Source: an uncultured Acidobacteriota bacterium
GTDB taxonomy: Bacteria; Acidobacteriota; Polarisedimenticolia; Polarisedimenticolales; DASRJG01
DNA length: 64,000 nt
Direction of reading: 5' to 3'
Assembly: GCA_964511835.1 (NCBI GenBank)
Contig: CAZEII010000012.1
Span: 17,569 to 81,568, forward strand
The position numbers and the translations under genes are program-made. Shown piece after piece: positions 1 to 10,451 of this stretch; positions within the stretch are counted from its first letter, which is position 1; the number at the start of each line of letters is the position of its first letter. The notes under the pieces are model-generated. The model made no database searches and was not told the origin of the DNA. It worked only from the letters and a program-made list of their open reading frames with translations.

Positions 1-2
1 CG

Positions 3-2606
3 AGATTCGCTCCGGGAATCGGGCTTCCGGGGCGCGTTTGGGAGAGCCGGCGCCCTGCGTGGATTCCCGACGTCGTCCAGGATGCGAATTTCCCTCGTTC
101 GTCGATCGCCGACGCCGAGGGCCTTCACGGCGCCCTCGGCTTCCCGATCGTGCTCGGAGAGCAGGTGCTCGGGGTGATGGAGTTCTTCAGCCAGGAGATC
201 GTCGAGCCCGACGAGCCCCTGCTCGAGCTCCTGGGAACGGTGGGAAGCCAGATCGGCCAGTTCATCCAGCGGAGGCGCGCGCAGGAGGAGCTGGACAAGT
301 TCTTCGCCATGTCGCTCGACATGCTGTGCATCGCCGGTGTCGACGGGTACTTCAAGCGCGTGAACGCGGCGTGGGAGAAGACGCTCGGCTGGACGAGCGC
401 CGAGCTGCTCGAGCGCTCGTACCTCCACTTCGTGCACCCCGACGATCGCGCGGCCACGATCGAGCGGGCGAGGAGCCACATCGCGACGGGCGAGGACCTC
501 GTCTCGTTCGAGAACCGGTACGCGTGCAAGGACGGCTCCTATCGCTGGCTGTTCTGGAAGGCCGCGCTCGACGCCGAGGAGCAGCGGATCTACGCGATCG
601 CGCGGGACGTGACGGAGCAGCGCCGGGCTCGGGAGGCGCAGGAGGAGAACGCCGCGCGATTGGTCCAGCTCGTCAAGGAGCTGGAGCTGGCGCGGCACCG
701 CGCGGAGGACGCGGTGCGCGTCAAGTCGGACTTCTTGGCCAACATGAGCCACGAGATCCGGACGCCGATGAACGCGGTGATGGGGATGACGGATCTCGCT
801 CTGGCCACGGAGCTGAGCGCCGAGCAGCGGAGCTACCTGGCGACGGTCAAGGTCTCCGCGCGGGCGCTGCTCGATCTGGTCGACGACATCCTCGACCTTT
901 CCAAGATCGAGGCGGGGAAGCTCGAGCTGGACCGCGTCGAGCTGGACGTTCGCGAGACCGTCGGGGATGCGATCAAGGTGCTCGCGGTGCGCGCGAGCCA
1001 GAAAGGACTCGAGCTAGCCTGCCGCATCTCCCCCGCGGTACCCCAGATCGTCCGCGGGGATCCTGGGCGGCTCCGCCAGGTCGTCGTCAATCTGGTCGGG
1101 AACGCGATCAAGTTCACCGAGCACGGCGAGGTCGTGCTCGACGCCGACGTGGAGCTCGTGGACGATGATGACGTCTGGATTCATTTCTCGGTCAGGGACA
1201 CGGGAATCGGCGTCCCCCTGGAAAAGCGCGAGCAGATCTTCGCCCCGTTCACGCAGGCCGACACGTCGACGACGCGGCGATTCGGCGGAAGCGGACTCGG
1301 CCTCGCTATCGCGACCCAGCTCGTCGAGATGATGGGAGGACGACTCGCCGTCGAGAGCGAGGTCGGACGCGGCAGCACGTTCTCGTTCACCGCGCGGTTC
1401 GAGCGCGAGCGGCACGAGCCCGCCCGGGCGGCGCCTCCCGCTGGGCGGGTCGACCTCGCCGGCCTCTCGGTCCTCGTGGTCGACGACAACACGACCAACC
1501 GCCGGATCCTCACCGAGATGCTCACGAACTGGAGAATGCGGCCGGTCGCGACCTCGGGTGGCGCGGAGGCGCTGCAGAAGATGAAGGAGGCGCACGCCGC
1601 CGGGCAGCCGTTCGGGCTGCTGCTTTCCGACGGACAGATGCCGGAGATGGACGGATTCATGCTCGCCGAGGCCGTCAAGCGCGATCCCGCGCTGCGAGCG
1701 GTGCCGATGATCATCCTGACTTCGGCCGGGCGCCCCGAGGACGGTGCGAGGTCCCGGCGCCTCGGCATCGCCGCGTTCCTCACCAAGCCGGTGAAGCAGT
1801 CGGAGCTGCTCGACGCCATGGCGATCGCGATCGCGGGGATACCGTCCGACGCAGGCACGGCCGGTGCCACCGGCGCGGCGGCGCACAAGCCGGCGCGCTC
1901 GCTCAGGATCCTGCTCGCGGAGGACAACCCGGTGAACCAGCACGTGGCCAAGCGCATCCTGGAGAAGCGCGGCCATCGGGTGACCGTCGTCGGGAACGGC
2001 CGCGAGGCGGTCGCAGCGCTCGCGCCGGAAGCGGCGGGCCGGTTCGACGTCGTTCTGATGGACGTGCAGATGCCGGAGATGGACGGCTTGGATGCGACCG
2101 TCGCCATCCGCGCGCGCGAAAAGGGCACGGCCACGCGCGTGCCGATCGTGGCGATGACCGCTCACGCCATGGAGGGGGACCGCGAACGCTGCCTCCAGGC
2201 GGGTATGGACGGGTACGTCACCAAACCCGTCGAGGCCGACCGGCTCTTCGAGGCCGTCGAATCCTCCGCCGGCCGATTCGACCCCACCGTCGCCGCGGCG
2301 CGGCTCGGCGGCGACCGCCGTCTTCTCCGGGAGATGCTCGACCTCTTTCTCGCCGAGTGCCCCGGCATGATGTCGGAGATTCGCCGGGCGATCGAGGCAC
2401 GGGATGCCGAGGCGCTCCGCCGCGCGGCCCACGCGCTCAAGGGGTCGGTCGCAAACTTCGGAGCGTCCCGGCCGGTCGAGGCGGCGAGAACGCTCGAGAA
2501 GCTCGGCATCGACCGCGACTTGGCGGGCGCTGCCGCCGCACTCAACGCGCTGCAGATCGCTCTCGACGAGTTCCGGCGGGAGGCGTCGGCGGAGGGGCCA
2601 CCATGA
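3..2606 (+). CDS. Hybrid sensor histidine kinase (partial GAF, PAS, HisKA, HATPase_c, 2x REC, Hpt); 5' end lies outside the window
   Basis: Frame is open from the window edge (RFAPGIGLPGRVWES..GFPI, GAF-like). H-box FLANMSHEIRTPMN, N-box LVGNAIKFT, G-boxes DTGIG and GGSGLGL, two receivers (LLSDGQMPEMDG, VLMDVQMPEMDG), Hpt AAHALKGS. Confidence 0.95.
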   Translation, partial: RFAPGIGLPGRVWESRRPAWIPDVVQDANFPRSSIADAEGLHGALGFPIVLGEQVLGVMEFFSQEIVEPDEPLLELLGTVGSQIGQFIQRRRAQEELDKFFAMSLDMLCIAGVDGYFKRVNAAWEKTLGWTSAELLERSYLHFVHPDDRAATIERARSHIATGEDLVSFENRYACKDGSYRWLFWKAALDAEEQRIYAIARDVTEQRRAREAQEENAARLVQLVKELELARHRAEDAVRVKSDFLANMSHEIRTPMNAVMGMTDLALATELSAEQRSYLATVKVSARALLDLVDDILDLSKIEAGKLELDRVELDVRETVGDAIKVLAVRASQKGLELACRISPAVPQIVRGDPGRLRQVVVNLVGNAIKFTEHGEVVLDADVELVDDDDVWIHFSVRDTGIGVPLEKREQIFAPFTQADTSTTRRFGGSGLGLAIATQLVEMMGGRLAVESEVGRGSTFSFTARFERERHEPARAAPPAGRVDLAGLSVLVVDDNTTNRRILTEMLTNWRMRPVATSGGAEALQKMKEAHAAGQPFGLLLSDGQMPEMDGFMLAEAVKRDPALRAVPMIILTSAGRPEDGARSRRLGIAAFLTKPVKQSELLDAMAIAIAGIPSDAGTAGATGAAAHKPARSLRILLAEDNPVNQHVAKRILEKRGHRVTVVGNGREAVAALAPEAAGRFDVVLMDVQMPEMDGLDATVAIRAREKGTATRVPIVAMTAHAMEGDRERCLQAGMDGYVTKPVEADRLFEAVESSAGRFDPTVAAARLGGDRRLLREMLDLFLAECPGMMSEIRRAIEARDAEALRRAAHALKGSVANFGASRPVEAARTLEKLGIDRDLAGAAAALNALQIALDEFRREASAEGPP

Positions 2607-3466
2607 AAAGGAAGGAGCTCGTCCTCGTCGTCGACGACGTTCGCGTCACGAGGCATCTGCTGCAGTCGGTGATCGAGAAGGCCGGATACGCGGTGACGAC
2701 GGCGAGCGACGGACAGGAGGCCCTCGACCAAGCGCGGCGAACCGACCTGCGCGCTCCGGATCTGATCCTGCTCGACGTGTGGATGCCGGGAATGTCGGGG
2801 CTCGACGTTTTGGCGCGCCTGAGGGCCGACGGGGTCGATTCGAAGGTCATCGTCATGACCGGGGACGACACGCCGGAGACGCTGCTCCAGGCGCTCCGAT
2901 CCCAGGCTCTGCATTTCGTGGCGAAGCCGATCGACGCCGCGGCGCTCGTCGAGCTCGTCGAGAGCGCGTTGGCCGCCGACGCCGGTCCCGATATCGAGGT
3001 CGTCTCGGCCCGCCCCGAGTGGGTCGAGCTGATCGTCCCGTGCACGCGCGAGGCGGCGTCGCGCATCGAGGGGTTCCTCACCCACCTCGACGCGGACCTC
3101 ACGCCGGAGGTGCGCGAGTCGGTCGGCTACGCGTTCCGCGAGCTCCTGCTCAATGCCGTCGAGTGGGGCGGCCGACTCGACCCGAACCGAAAGGTGCGGA
3201 TCGCCTGCCTTCGCGCCCGGCGCATGCTGCTCTACCGCATCGCCGATCCCGGGCCGGGGTTCCGGCTGGAGGACCTGACGCACGCCGCCATCTCCTACGA
3301 AGGCGATCCGATGGAGCACATGAAGGCCCGCGAGGAGAAAGGCCTCCGCCCCGGCGGCTTCGGCCTGCTCCTGGTCAAGGCGCAGGTGGACGAGCTGCTC
3401 TACAACGAGGCACGGAACGAAGTGGTGTTCGTCAAGTATCTCGATTCCCCGGGAGGTGGGTCGTGA
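2603..3466 (+). CDS. Response regulator receiver fused to an anti-sigma/RsbW-type HATPase_c domain
   Basis: ATGA overlap with the kinase stop. REC LILLDVWMPGMSG, then RELLLNAVEWG...IADPGPGF...GGFGLLLV. Confidence 0.88.
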   Translation: MKRKELVLVVDDVRVTRHLLQSVIEKAGYAVTTASDGQEALDQARRTDLRAPDLILLDVWMPGMSGLDVLARLRADGVDSKVIVMTGDDTPETLLQALRSQALHFVAKPIDAAALVELVESALAADAGPDIEVVSARPEWVELIVPCTREAASRIEGFLTHLDADLTPEVRESVGYAFRELLLNAVEWGGRLDPNRKVRIACLRARRMLLYRIADPGPGFRLEDLTHAAISYEGDPMEHMKAREEKGLRPGGFGLLLVKAQVDELLYNEARNEVVFVKYLDSPGGGS

Positions 3467-3547
3467 GGAAGCCGCCCGAGGCGCTGCCTTGTTACAAAAA
3501 GAAGTAGACTCCCGCCGTCGGCGCACCTGACCCCTTGGAGGGCCCGA

Positions 3548-4111
3548 ATGAGAAGGTTCCCCCTCGCCCTCGTTCTGATCGTCGCCGCCCTGCCGGCGCT
3601 GGCGCAAACCCCGGAACCGTCGCCTCCTCCGACCGACGACGAGAAACCAGCGGCGTTCAACCAGCGAGTGTTCTTCGGCGGCGCGGTCGGTGCGGCGTTC
3701 GGAACCGTCGATTACGTCGAGCTGGCGCCGATGGTCGGATTCCGAATCGCGCCCCGATTCGAGATGGGCGTTCAACCTTTCTACCGTTGGACGGACGACC
3801 ACCGCTACTCCCCGAGCTTCTCGACGACGGACTACGGCGCGACCATCTTTGGGAGGGTCCGCATCTGGCAGGGGTTGTTCGGCGAGGGGGATTACCAGTA
3901 CACGAGCTACGAGTATCAGAACGCCGGGGGCGGCAGCACTCGGGACACCAACAATGCGTTCCTCGCGGGAGCCGGGTACGCGTTTCCCGTCGCGCAGCAC
4001 GTGGCGTTCTACGCTTCCGCGCTCTACGACTTCACCTACAGTAGCAGCGATCTGCACTACCCGTACGACTCCCCCGTGCGCTATTCGGTCGGAGTGTCGG
4101 TCGGCTTCTGA
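3548..4111 (+). CDS. Secreted probable outer-membrane beta-barrel protein
   Basis: Signal peptide MRRFPLALVLIVAALPALA, alternating aromatic beta-strands, C-terminal Phe (VGVSVGF). Confidence 0.7.
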   Translation: MRRFPLALVLIVAALPALAQTPEPSPPPTDDEKPAAFNQRVFFGGAVGAAFGTVDYVELAPMVGFRIAPRFEMGVQPFYRWTDDHRYSPSFSTTDYGATIFGRVRIWQGLFGEGDYQYTSYEYQNAGGGSTRDTNNAFLAGAGYAFPVAQHVAFYASALYDFTYSSSDLHYPYDSPVRYSVGVSVGF

Positions 4112-4210
4112 CGTCACAGAACCGTCACCGGCCTGTTGCGTGTCCGGCGAGCCTCCGCATCTCCCTGATCCTATTCTCCGTATTCAGGCAAGGTCGCGGA
4201 GGAGGCGGAC

Positions 4211-4735
4211 ATGAAAGCGCTGCGAGACGTGGCATCGACCGACCTTCGGTGGTCCAAGCCCGACTTGTTTCGAAGACTCTACGAGCTCCGCTCCGAAACG
4301 GACCTCGTGGTGGTTCTCCGATGGGAAAAGGCGTTGTGCTCGAGCGCCCTGGCGGAGAGCGTGGACGGCCGTTGGATCCTGAGGCGGAACGGGGTGTTCA
4401 CGCGGAGAGTCACCCTCGTCCGCGAGGGGTCGACGAGCGAGCTGGCGTCGATGACCTCGCGCTGGGGAGGGGGCGGCATTGTCCACGGTCCCGCTTCGAG
4501 ACGCTACGAATGGCTCAAGCCGAGCTTCTGGCGCTCCCCGTGGATCTTCGCGGACGAATCGGGCCGTCCCGTCGTCCGTTTCGAGCCCGAGTGCTTCGGA
4601 CAAGGTGCGCGCGTGCAGGTGTCCCCCGAGCTGCGGAACCACTCGGATCTCCCCTTCCTCGTCACCCTGGGCTGGTACCTGCTCGTGCTGATGGCGGACG
4701 ACGGAGCGGTCGCCGCGGTGGCGGCCGCGAGCTAA
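4211..4735 (+). CDS. Hypothetical protein
   Basis: GGAGG RBS before ATG, natural-looking composition, fits between neighbouring genes. Confidence 0.65.
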   Translation: MKALRDVASTDLRWSKPDLFRRLYELRSETDLVVVLRWEKALCSSALAESVDGRWILRRNGVFTRRVTLVREGSTSELASMTSRWGGGGIVHGPASRRYEWLKPSFWRSPWIFADESGRPVVRFEPECFGQGARVQVSPELRNHSDLPFLVTLGWYLLVLMADDGAVAAVAAAS

Positions 4736-4823
4736 CGCCCCCAATCGGCCTGACCGGGCACGCACTCCCCTTTCGAGAGACGGGCGGCTATCATCTGGGA
4801 GACGCCGCAGGGAGGGGGCGTGC

Positions 4824-5168
4824 ATGACCGAGTTCGAGCTGATCAAGGCCACCGACGCGTACACGCTCGTTGCGGTGCGCGGACGGCTCGACCCTGCCGG
4901 AGTCGGTCTGATCGAGCTGAGGCTGACGAGCGAGACGGTCGCGCGCCGGAAGCCCGCGATCGTCGACGTCACGGCGGTCAACCTGATCGGGTCGATCGGG
5001 ATCGGGATGCTGGTCGGGATCGGTCACGCCATGAAGGGCCACGACCTCGGATTCGCGGTCGTGGCGTCCGGGCTCGTCAAGGAGATCCTGGACAAGGTCT
5101 CTTTGAACGCTCTCTTCCCGGTGGTCGAGACGGTCGACGAAGCGAAGGGCGCGCTCGGAGTGAGCTGA
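4824..5168 (+). CDS. STAS-domain anti-sigma factor antagonist
   Basis: VRGRLD...IVDVTAVNLIGSIGIGMLV pattern with the phosphorylatable Ser position; 114 aa. Confidence 0.85.
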   Translation: MTEFELIKATDAYTLVAVRGRLDPAGVGLIELRLTSETVARRKPAIVDVTAVNLIGSIGIGMLVGIGHAMKGHDLGFAVVASGLVKEILDKVSLNALFPVVETVDEAKGALGVS

Positions 5169-5308
5169 ATCGCGGCTCCGCTGCGGCCCACGACCCACCG
5201 GCGCCTCCCACCATTTCTCGCGCGACAACGTGGTAGCATCCGGGCATTTTCTGGTCGCCCGCTGGGCCGCTTTCAGTCGGACCAGAGCAAGCCACCGGAG
5301 GGACCTCG

Positions 5309-6145
5309 TTGCTCGAGGAGCGCTGGTTTGTGCTCGCCGACCAGCTTGCGGCCACCGAGTGCCGCCGCCGTGCTCTTCGACCGGAGGACGCCGAGGAATT
5401 TCGCTCCTTCATCCGGCTGCGCTTCGCCGAGCGCGGCGAGCGGATCGTGGCTGCGTACGACGGGCGAAGCAGCATCGAGACGTACTTGCTCGTCGTCATC
5501 GCGCGGGCGTTCGGCGACTGGCGACGTTCGGTCTGGGGACATTGGCGGCCGAGCACCGCGGCGCTGCGGCTGGGCACCGTCGCGATCGAGCTCGAGTGGC
5601 GAATCGGTCACCGCGGTGAATCGTTCGAGAGCGCAGCGGCCGAGTTGGGCTCCCGCTTCGGCCCGCGCGCCGGCCGTGAGGAGCTCGAGACGATCCGGCG
5701 GCACCTGCCCGAGCGGGTCCGGTGGCGGCAAGTCCCCGCCGAGGAGCTGGAAACCCGGGCGACCACGACGACGTCCCCGAACGAGGCCCTCGACGCCCGC
5801 GAGCGAGCCGATGCCGTGCGTCGGCTGGCGCCGCTCCTCCAAGAGACCCTGCGCGAGCTCCCGCCCTTGGATCGCCTCATCCTCCTCCTCGTTTTTCGAG
5901 AGGGACTCAGCGTCCGCGCCGTAGCCCGCTCCGTCGGGATGGATCACCAGCGCGTCGGGCGCCGCCTCGATCGAACGCTCGTCAGGCTGCGGGCCGCCAT
6001 GGAGACCGCCGGCGTGGACCGGCACGCCGCGCTGCTGCTTTTGGAGAAGTCCGGGGACGACGAACAGGGTTGGCTGGAAGCGATCGCGGAGCCCGAATGG
6101 GACAACCCGCCGCGGCGTCCGTCTACTGGAGAGGCAGAATCGTGA
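5309..6145 (+). CDS. Sigma-70 family ECF-like RNA polymerase sigma factor
   Basis: Region-2-like FDGRSS/ETYLLVVIARAFGDW and region-4 LPPLDRLILLLVFREGLSVRAVARSVG; start codon uncertain. Confidence 0.8.
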   Translation: MLEERWFVLADQLAATECRRRALRPEDAEEFRSFIRLRFAERGERIVAAYDGRSSIETYLLVVIARAFGDWRRSVWGHWRPSTAALRLGTVAIELEWRIGHRGESFESAAAELGSRFGPRAGREELETIRRHLPERVRWRQVPAEELETRATTTTSPNEALDARERADAVRRLAPLLQETLRELPPLDRLILLLVFREGLSVRAVARSVGMDHQRVGRRLDRTLVRLRAAMETAGVDRHAALLLLEKSGDDEQGWLEAIAEPEWDNPPRRPSTGEAES

Positions 6146-9100
6146 GCGAGCGATCACCCAGCCGGTTCGGCCCCGCGGGGAGGGACCCCTTCGACCCGTG
6201 CCCCACGGACGCCGAGTTGGCCGCTTTCTCGGAGGGCAAGCTCGGTCCGCCTCGCCCGGAAGAGGTCGCTCGCCACGTTCTGCACTGCGCGGAGTGCCAG
6301 GACGTGATCGGCTCGCTGGCCTATCGACACGCCGAGTCTCTTGCGGCCTCGTCTCGGGTCGCTTTCCCGCGGCGCGCCGCGATCGCGGCGGGGCTCCTGC
6401 TCGCGGTCCTCGCCGCTTCCGGGGGCGTGTGGCGGCTGTCGCGCGGCCGCACCTCGACGGGCATCGCCGACCTCGTGCGGGCGGTCGGACAGCGACGTCT
6501 GGTCGAGGCGCGCCTATCGGGCGGGTTCGCGTGGGCGCCCGTGACCGAAGTTCGAGGCGAGGGGGGCCCCGCCGGCACAGGGGCTCTGGATCCGGCGCGA
6601 TCGGAGATCGCGGGGGCGGCCGCCCGGATCCGCGGCGGCAAGATGTGGAACGACCCGACAGGAGACATGCACTCGCTGGGCGTCGCTTACCTCGTGCTCG
6701 GAAACGTGGACGAGGCGGTCACGGCGCTCGATGCGGCGGCGAAGGCGTCACCGGACGATGCCGCTGTGCTCTCGGACTTGGCAGCCGCGTGCATCGAGAA
6801 GGGAAAGGCTCCCGATCAGGCCCAGCAGCTGGTTCGCGCGCTCGACCTCTCGGAGAAGGCGATCGCGCGCGCGCCCGCCTTCGTCGAGGCGCGGTTCAAC
6901 AAGGCGCTGGCCCTCGAAGCGCTCGGCCTCCGGGACGCGGCGATCGAGGCCTGGGAGAGCTACGTCAAGGCGGACCCGTCATCGCCCTGGTCGAACGAGG
7001 CGCGGAGCCGATTGGCGAAATTGCGGAGCGCATCGCGGCTCGAGAGGTGGGAGGACAGCGCCCAGGCCTTCCAATCCGCCTGCTCGGCGGGTGATGCGCG
7101 GCGCATCGAGGAGATCGTGCGGGCGCACCCGCAGCAATCCTCCGAAGCGCTGATGACGGATTTGGGGCGCTGGGCCGATCTCGCGCTGACGGGCCAGCCC
7201 AGCGCGGGGGCTACCCTCCGTGCCGTCGAGAGCGGCTCGGCGGTCATGGCCCGGGTCGTCGGAGATCCGATCGTCAAGGACGCGGTCGCCGAGATCCGGA
7301 GATCGGCCGCCGACCGCGAGCGGTTGAGCCTGCTCGCGGCGGCGCACCGCCAGCTCCGCCTCGGCCGCGCCGCCGAGGACGCGATGCAGGCGAACGACGG
7401 GAAGCGCCTGCTGACGGACGCGTCCGACCGATTCGCGAAGCTGAAGAGCTCGTATCGCGACCTCGCTTTGCTCTACGAGCTGTCGAGCGAGTACTACATC
7501 GATCCGGCGGGAGCTTTCACCCCCCGGCTCGAGGCGCTGATCGAGCGCTATCCCGCCGGCGAGAAGCGGATCGTGGGAGCGAGGGCGAGGTGGTTGATGG
7601 GGCTCGCGCTCGGCGTATCCGGCCGGACGTCCCAGGCGTTGACATCGCTCGCGGAAGCCGGCGAGGGGCTGCGCGCGCTGGGCTTCACGGCCGACGCCGT
7701 TTTTGTGCGCTCAATCGAGGCGAACACCTGGTGGATGCTCGGTCGGTCGGGTCGCGCGTGGACGCTGCATCGCGATGTCTTCCGGCAGCTCGACGCTGTG
7801 ACCGACGCGCGTCTCGTCCAGGCGCTCATCGGGGCGACCGCCAAAGAAGCGGAGCTGGACGGCCAGCAGCTCGCAGCGCTGTCGATCGGGCAAGCCGCAC
7901 TAGCGATGTCCAAACGCCACAATTCCGCTTTCGACCGATGCGATGGCCTCGCGTGGTTTGCGAGTGCCGCCGCGCGGGCGGGCCGAACCGCCGCAGCGGG
8001 GGACGCGGTGCATGAAGCTCGTGGCCTGCTTCCCCAGGTTTCCGATCCAAGCACTCACGCACGGCTCGATGGCCTGCTCGGCCTTGCCGAGGCTCGCCTG
8101 AGCCTCGACGTGAATCCTGACGACGCGCTCCGAGCAGCGGATCGCTCGGTGGCGTGGCTCGAATCCGTCGACAAGGAGAATCTGCTCGCGGAAGCCTACG
8201 AGCTCCGGGCAAAGGCGAAGGAGAAGTCGGGGGACCTCGACAGCGCCGCGAAGGACTACCTCTCGGCGCTTCAGACGGTGGAGCACCAGCGCGATCGTCT
8301 CAGAGACGTTTCGCTGCGCACCTCGTTCGTCGACACGGCGTGGGAGCTTGGACGCGATGTCGTTCGGTTCGAGATCGATCGCGGCGACCCTCGTGGTGCG
8401 CTCGCAATGGCCGACCGACTTCGGGCGACCTCGGTTGCACCGCCGATGAAGCTGTCGCCCGAAGAAGCGCGCGACCCGGTCGATGCTTTGGTCCACCAAT
8501 TGGGCCCCGATGATGCGGTCATTTTCTATGAGATCTTGGAGCACCGGACGATCGCGTGGGTCCTGCGCGCGGGCAGAGTTCAGTCGGCCGTTCTTCCCAT
8601 CGAGGAGCGCGCGATCGATCTTTTCGTCGACGCGATCCGTCGCGAAATGACGCCCGGCGACTCCGGAGCGGACGAGGGCGGGGGTCGGAAGCTGTTCGAG
8701 CAGGTCGTCGGCCCGCTGCGTGGCCGCCTCGAAGGTGCACAGCGGATCATCATCGTCCCGGACGGACGTCTTCACTCGATCCCGTGGGGAGCGCTTCAGC
8801 AGGCGCCAAGCGGCCGCAGATGGATCGAGGACGCGTCGGTGGCGGTGGCTCCGTCACTTCGGTGTCTCATCGGGCGTCGCGTCGGAGCCGGCGAGCCGGC
8901 CGATTTCCGCGTCGTTGCCGTCGGCAACCCGGCCTTCGACCGCCTGGCCTTCCCCGGCCTGCCCGATCTTCCGGCGGCGGCGAACGAGGCTCGGGAGATC
9001 GGCGCGCTCTATGCGAGATCGTCTGTGCTCGTCGGCTCCGACGCGATACCCGATCGCTTCCTCGCCGAGATTGCCAGCGCGGAAGTCCTCCACGTAGCCG

Positions 9101-9534
9101 CCCACGCGATACCCAGCGGCGTTGACCCCGACCGATCGACGGTCGTCCTCGCTCCCGGCGGCACGATCGCGTCGGACGGGGGGCTGACTGCGGGTGAGAT
9201 TCGCGGCCACGATCTGCGTAGAGTGCGACTGGCCGTGCTCGCGGCCTGTCGCTCGGGAGATGGTCCACTCTCTCGCATCGAGGGACCGCTTAGCCTCGCG
9301 CGACCGCTCCTGGAAGACGGCGCTCGCAACGTCGTGGTCTCACTTTGGGATTTGCCCGACGAGGCGGGTGCGTCGGTCATGGTGGCGTTGCACCGCGCCC
9401 TGCGTGATGGCGCCGATCCGATTGATGCTCTGCGCCGAGCTCAGCTCGAGTGTTGGTCAGCTCCGAATCCAGATCCACGCGCCTGCGGCGGGTTGCAATT
9501 GATCGTGAACGAACCGGGGGGAGGTCGAAGATGA
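6142..9534 (+). CDS. Zinc-finger anti-sigma (zf-HC2)-TM-TPR-CHAT (caspase-like) protease
   Basis: GTGA overlap with sigma stop. HVLHCAECQD zinc finger, hydrophobic AAIAAGLLLAVLAASGGVW, TPR helices (ARFNKALALEALG), CHAT His (VLHVAAHA) and Cys (LAVLAACRSG), VVVSLWDLPD. Confidence 0.9.
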   Translation: MSERSPSRFGPAGRDPFDPCPTDAELAAFSEGKLGPPRPEEVARHVLHCAECQDVIGSLAYRHAESLAASSRVAFPRRAAIAAGLLLAVLAASGGVWRLSRGRTSTGIADLVRAVGQRRLVEARLSGGFAWAPVTEVRGEGGPAGTGALDPARSEIAGAAARIRGGKMWNDPTGDMHSLGVAYLVLGNVDEAVTALDAAAKASPDDAAVLSDLAAACIEKGKAPDQAQQLVRALDLSEKAIARAPAFVEARFNKALALEALGLRDAAIEAWESYVKADPSSPWSNEARSRLAKLRSASRLERWEDSAQAFQSACSAGDARRIEEIVRAHPQQSSEALMTDLGRWADLALTGQPSAGATLRAVESGSAVMARVVGDPIVKDAVAEIRRSAADRERLSLLAAAHRQLRLGRAAEDAMQANDGKRLLTDASDRFAKLKSSYRDLALLYELSSEYYIDPAGAFTPRLEALIERYPAGEKRIVGARARWLMGLALGVSGRTSQALTSLAEAGEGLRALGFTADAVFVRSIEANTWWMLGRSGRAWTLHRDVFRQLDAVTDARLVQALIGATAKEAELDGQQLAALSIGQAALAMSKRHNSAFDRCDGLAWFASAAARAGRTAAAGDAVHEARGLLPQVSDPSTHARLDGLLGLAEARLSLDVNPDDALRAADRSVAWLESVDKENLLAEAYELRAKAKEKSGDLDSAAKDYLSALQTVEHQRDRLRDVSLRTSFVDTAWELGRDVVRFEIDRGDPRGALAMADRLRATSVAPPMKLSPEEARDPVDALVHQLGPDDAVIFYEILEHRTIAWVLRAGRVQSAVLPIEERAIDLFVDAIRREMTPGDSGADEGGGRKLFEQVVGPLRGRLEGAQRIIIVPDGRLHSIPWGALQQAPSGRRWIEDASVAVAPSLRCLIGRRVGAGEPADFRVVAVGNPAFDRLAFPGLPDLPAAANEAREIGALYARSSVLVGSDAIPDRFLAEIASAEVLHVAAHAIPSGVDPDRSTVVLAPGGTIASDGGLTAGEIRGHDLRRVRLAVLAACRSGDGPLSRIEGPLSLARPLLEDGARNVVVSLWDLPDEAGASVMVALHRALRDGADPIDALRRAQLECWSAPNPDPRACGGLQLIVNEPGGGRR

Positions 9535-10451
9535 GATATCGATGGTTGTCGTTGACGGTTCTCTTGGTACTGATTCTGCCGGGATGCGTGCACAACGCTC
9601 CCGTGACGACCGTCAGCACCGCGGCATCGCAGGCGGACGCGCCGGCGCGGGACCAGGCGGACATACTTTTCCACGGGCTGATAGCGTTCGTCTTCAAGAA
9701 GGACGATACCGTCGAGAGCGTCTTCTTGAGCCCGGACGCCGAACCCCACATACCTCTGATAGCGGTCAATACCACGGATATCGACAAGCTGAATGCGAGT
9801 GATCCCGATCTCATCGCGTCGGGAGACGGGGACGCAGGCTTCGCGGTCTGGAAATTCACCGAGGCGACGATCGACCAAGCCGATTTCTCAGACAAATCTC
9901 TGAGAAAAGACATGACCGCACTGGACTTGAACAACCCGGACTACACGCTGCTCCGTTGGGTGCCCAGCATGGACGACATATTCGGTTCGCTCCAAAAAGT
10001 GGATCAGAAGGAGATCGACTCGGCGCCAGCGCGGGGAAAGTGGCCCAAGGGCTGGATGACCCCCGTATTTGACGAGCTCACGCACCGGACCGATCCGTGG
10101 ACCATCGGCAATCGCCGCAACACACCGGTCGCCGACGGCGTCCGCCTACGTCTTCAGCTCAGCGATCCGGGAAGACCGTTCGGAATCCTGATCACGCGGA
10201 TAGACCCAAAGGATCCAACGAAGAAAGTTGACGAAACGATTGTAGTGAAAGGCGGCGCGACGATTTTCATCAGCGACTACCCGACGAAGATACCGAAACC
10301 CGGCAACGATTTGACTCACTTTCGTCACTATTACACGCTTCGTTATCCCGATAAATCGGGCTACGACCCCGTCCACGGCGGTCCGCCGACGCCGTATCCA
10401 TCGCGTTGCGCTCCAGGCGTGTTTTACCCGCCGGACCCGGACCTCCCATGA
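9531..10451 (+). CDS. Putative lipoprotein of unknown function
   Basis: ATGA overlap with the CHAT gene; lipobox LILPGC after a hydrophobic stretch. Confidence 0.75.
   Translation: MRYRWLSLTVLLVLILPGCVHNAPVTTVSTAASQADAPARDQADILFHGLIAFVFKKDDTVESVFLSPDAEPHIPLIAVNTTDIDKLNASDPDLIASGDGDAGFAVWKFTEATIDQADFSDKSLRKDMTALDLNNPDYTLLRWVPSMDDIFGSLQKVDQKEIDSAPARGKWPKGWMTPVFDELTHRTDPWTIGNRRNTPVADGVRLRLQLSDPGRPFGILITRIDPKDPTKKVDETIVVKGGATIFISDYPTKIPKPGNDLTHFRHYYTLRYPDKSGYDPVHGGPPTPYPSRCAPGVFYPPDPDLP

Noticed and set aside
5309-9534. Link of the CHAT-sigma pair to a type III-E CRISPR system
   Set aside because: No cas genes or repeat-spacer array in the window, and the TM topology differs from cytoplasmic Csx29.
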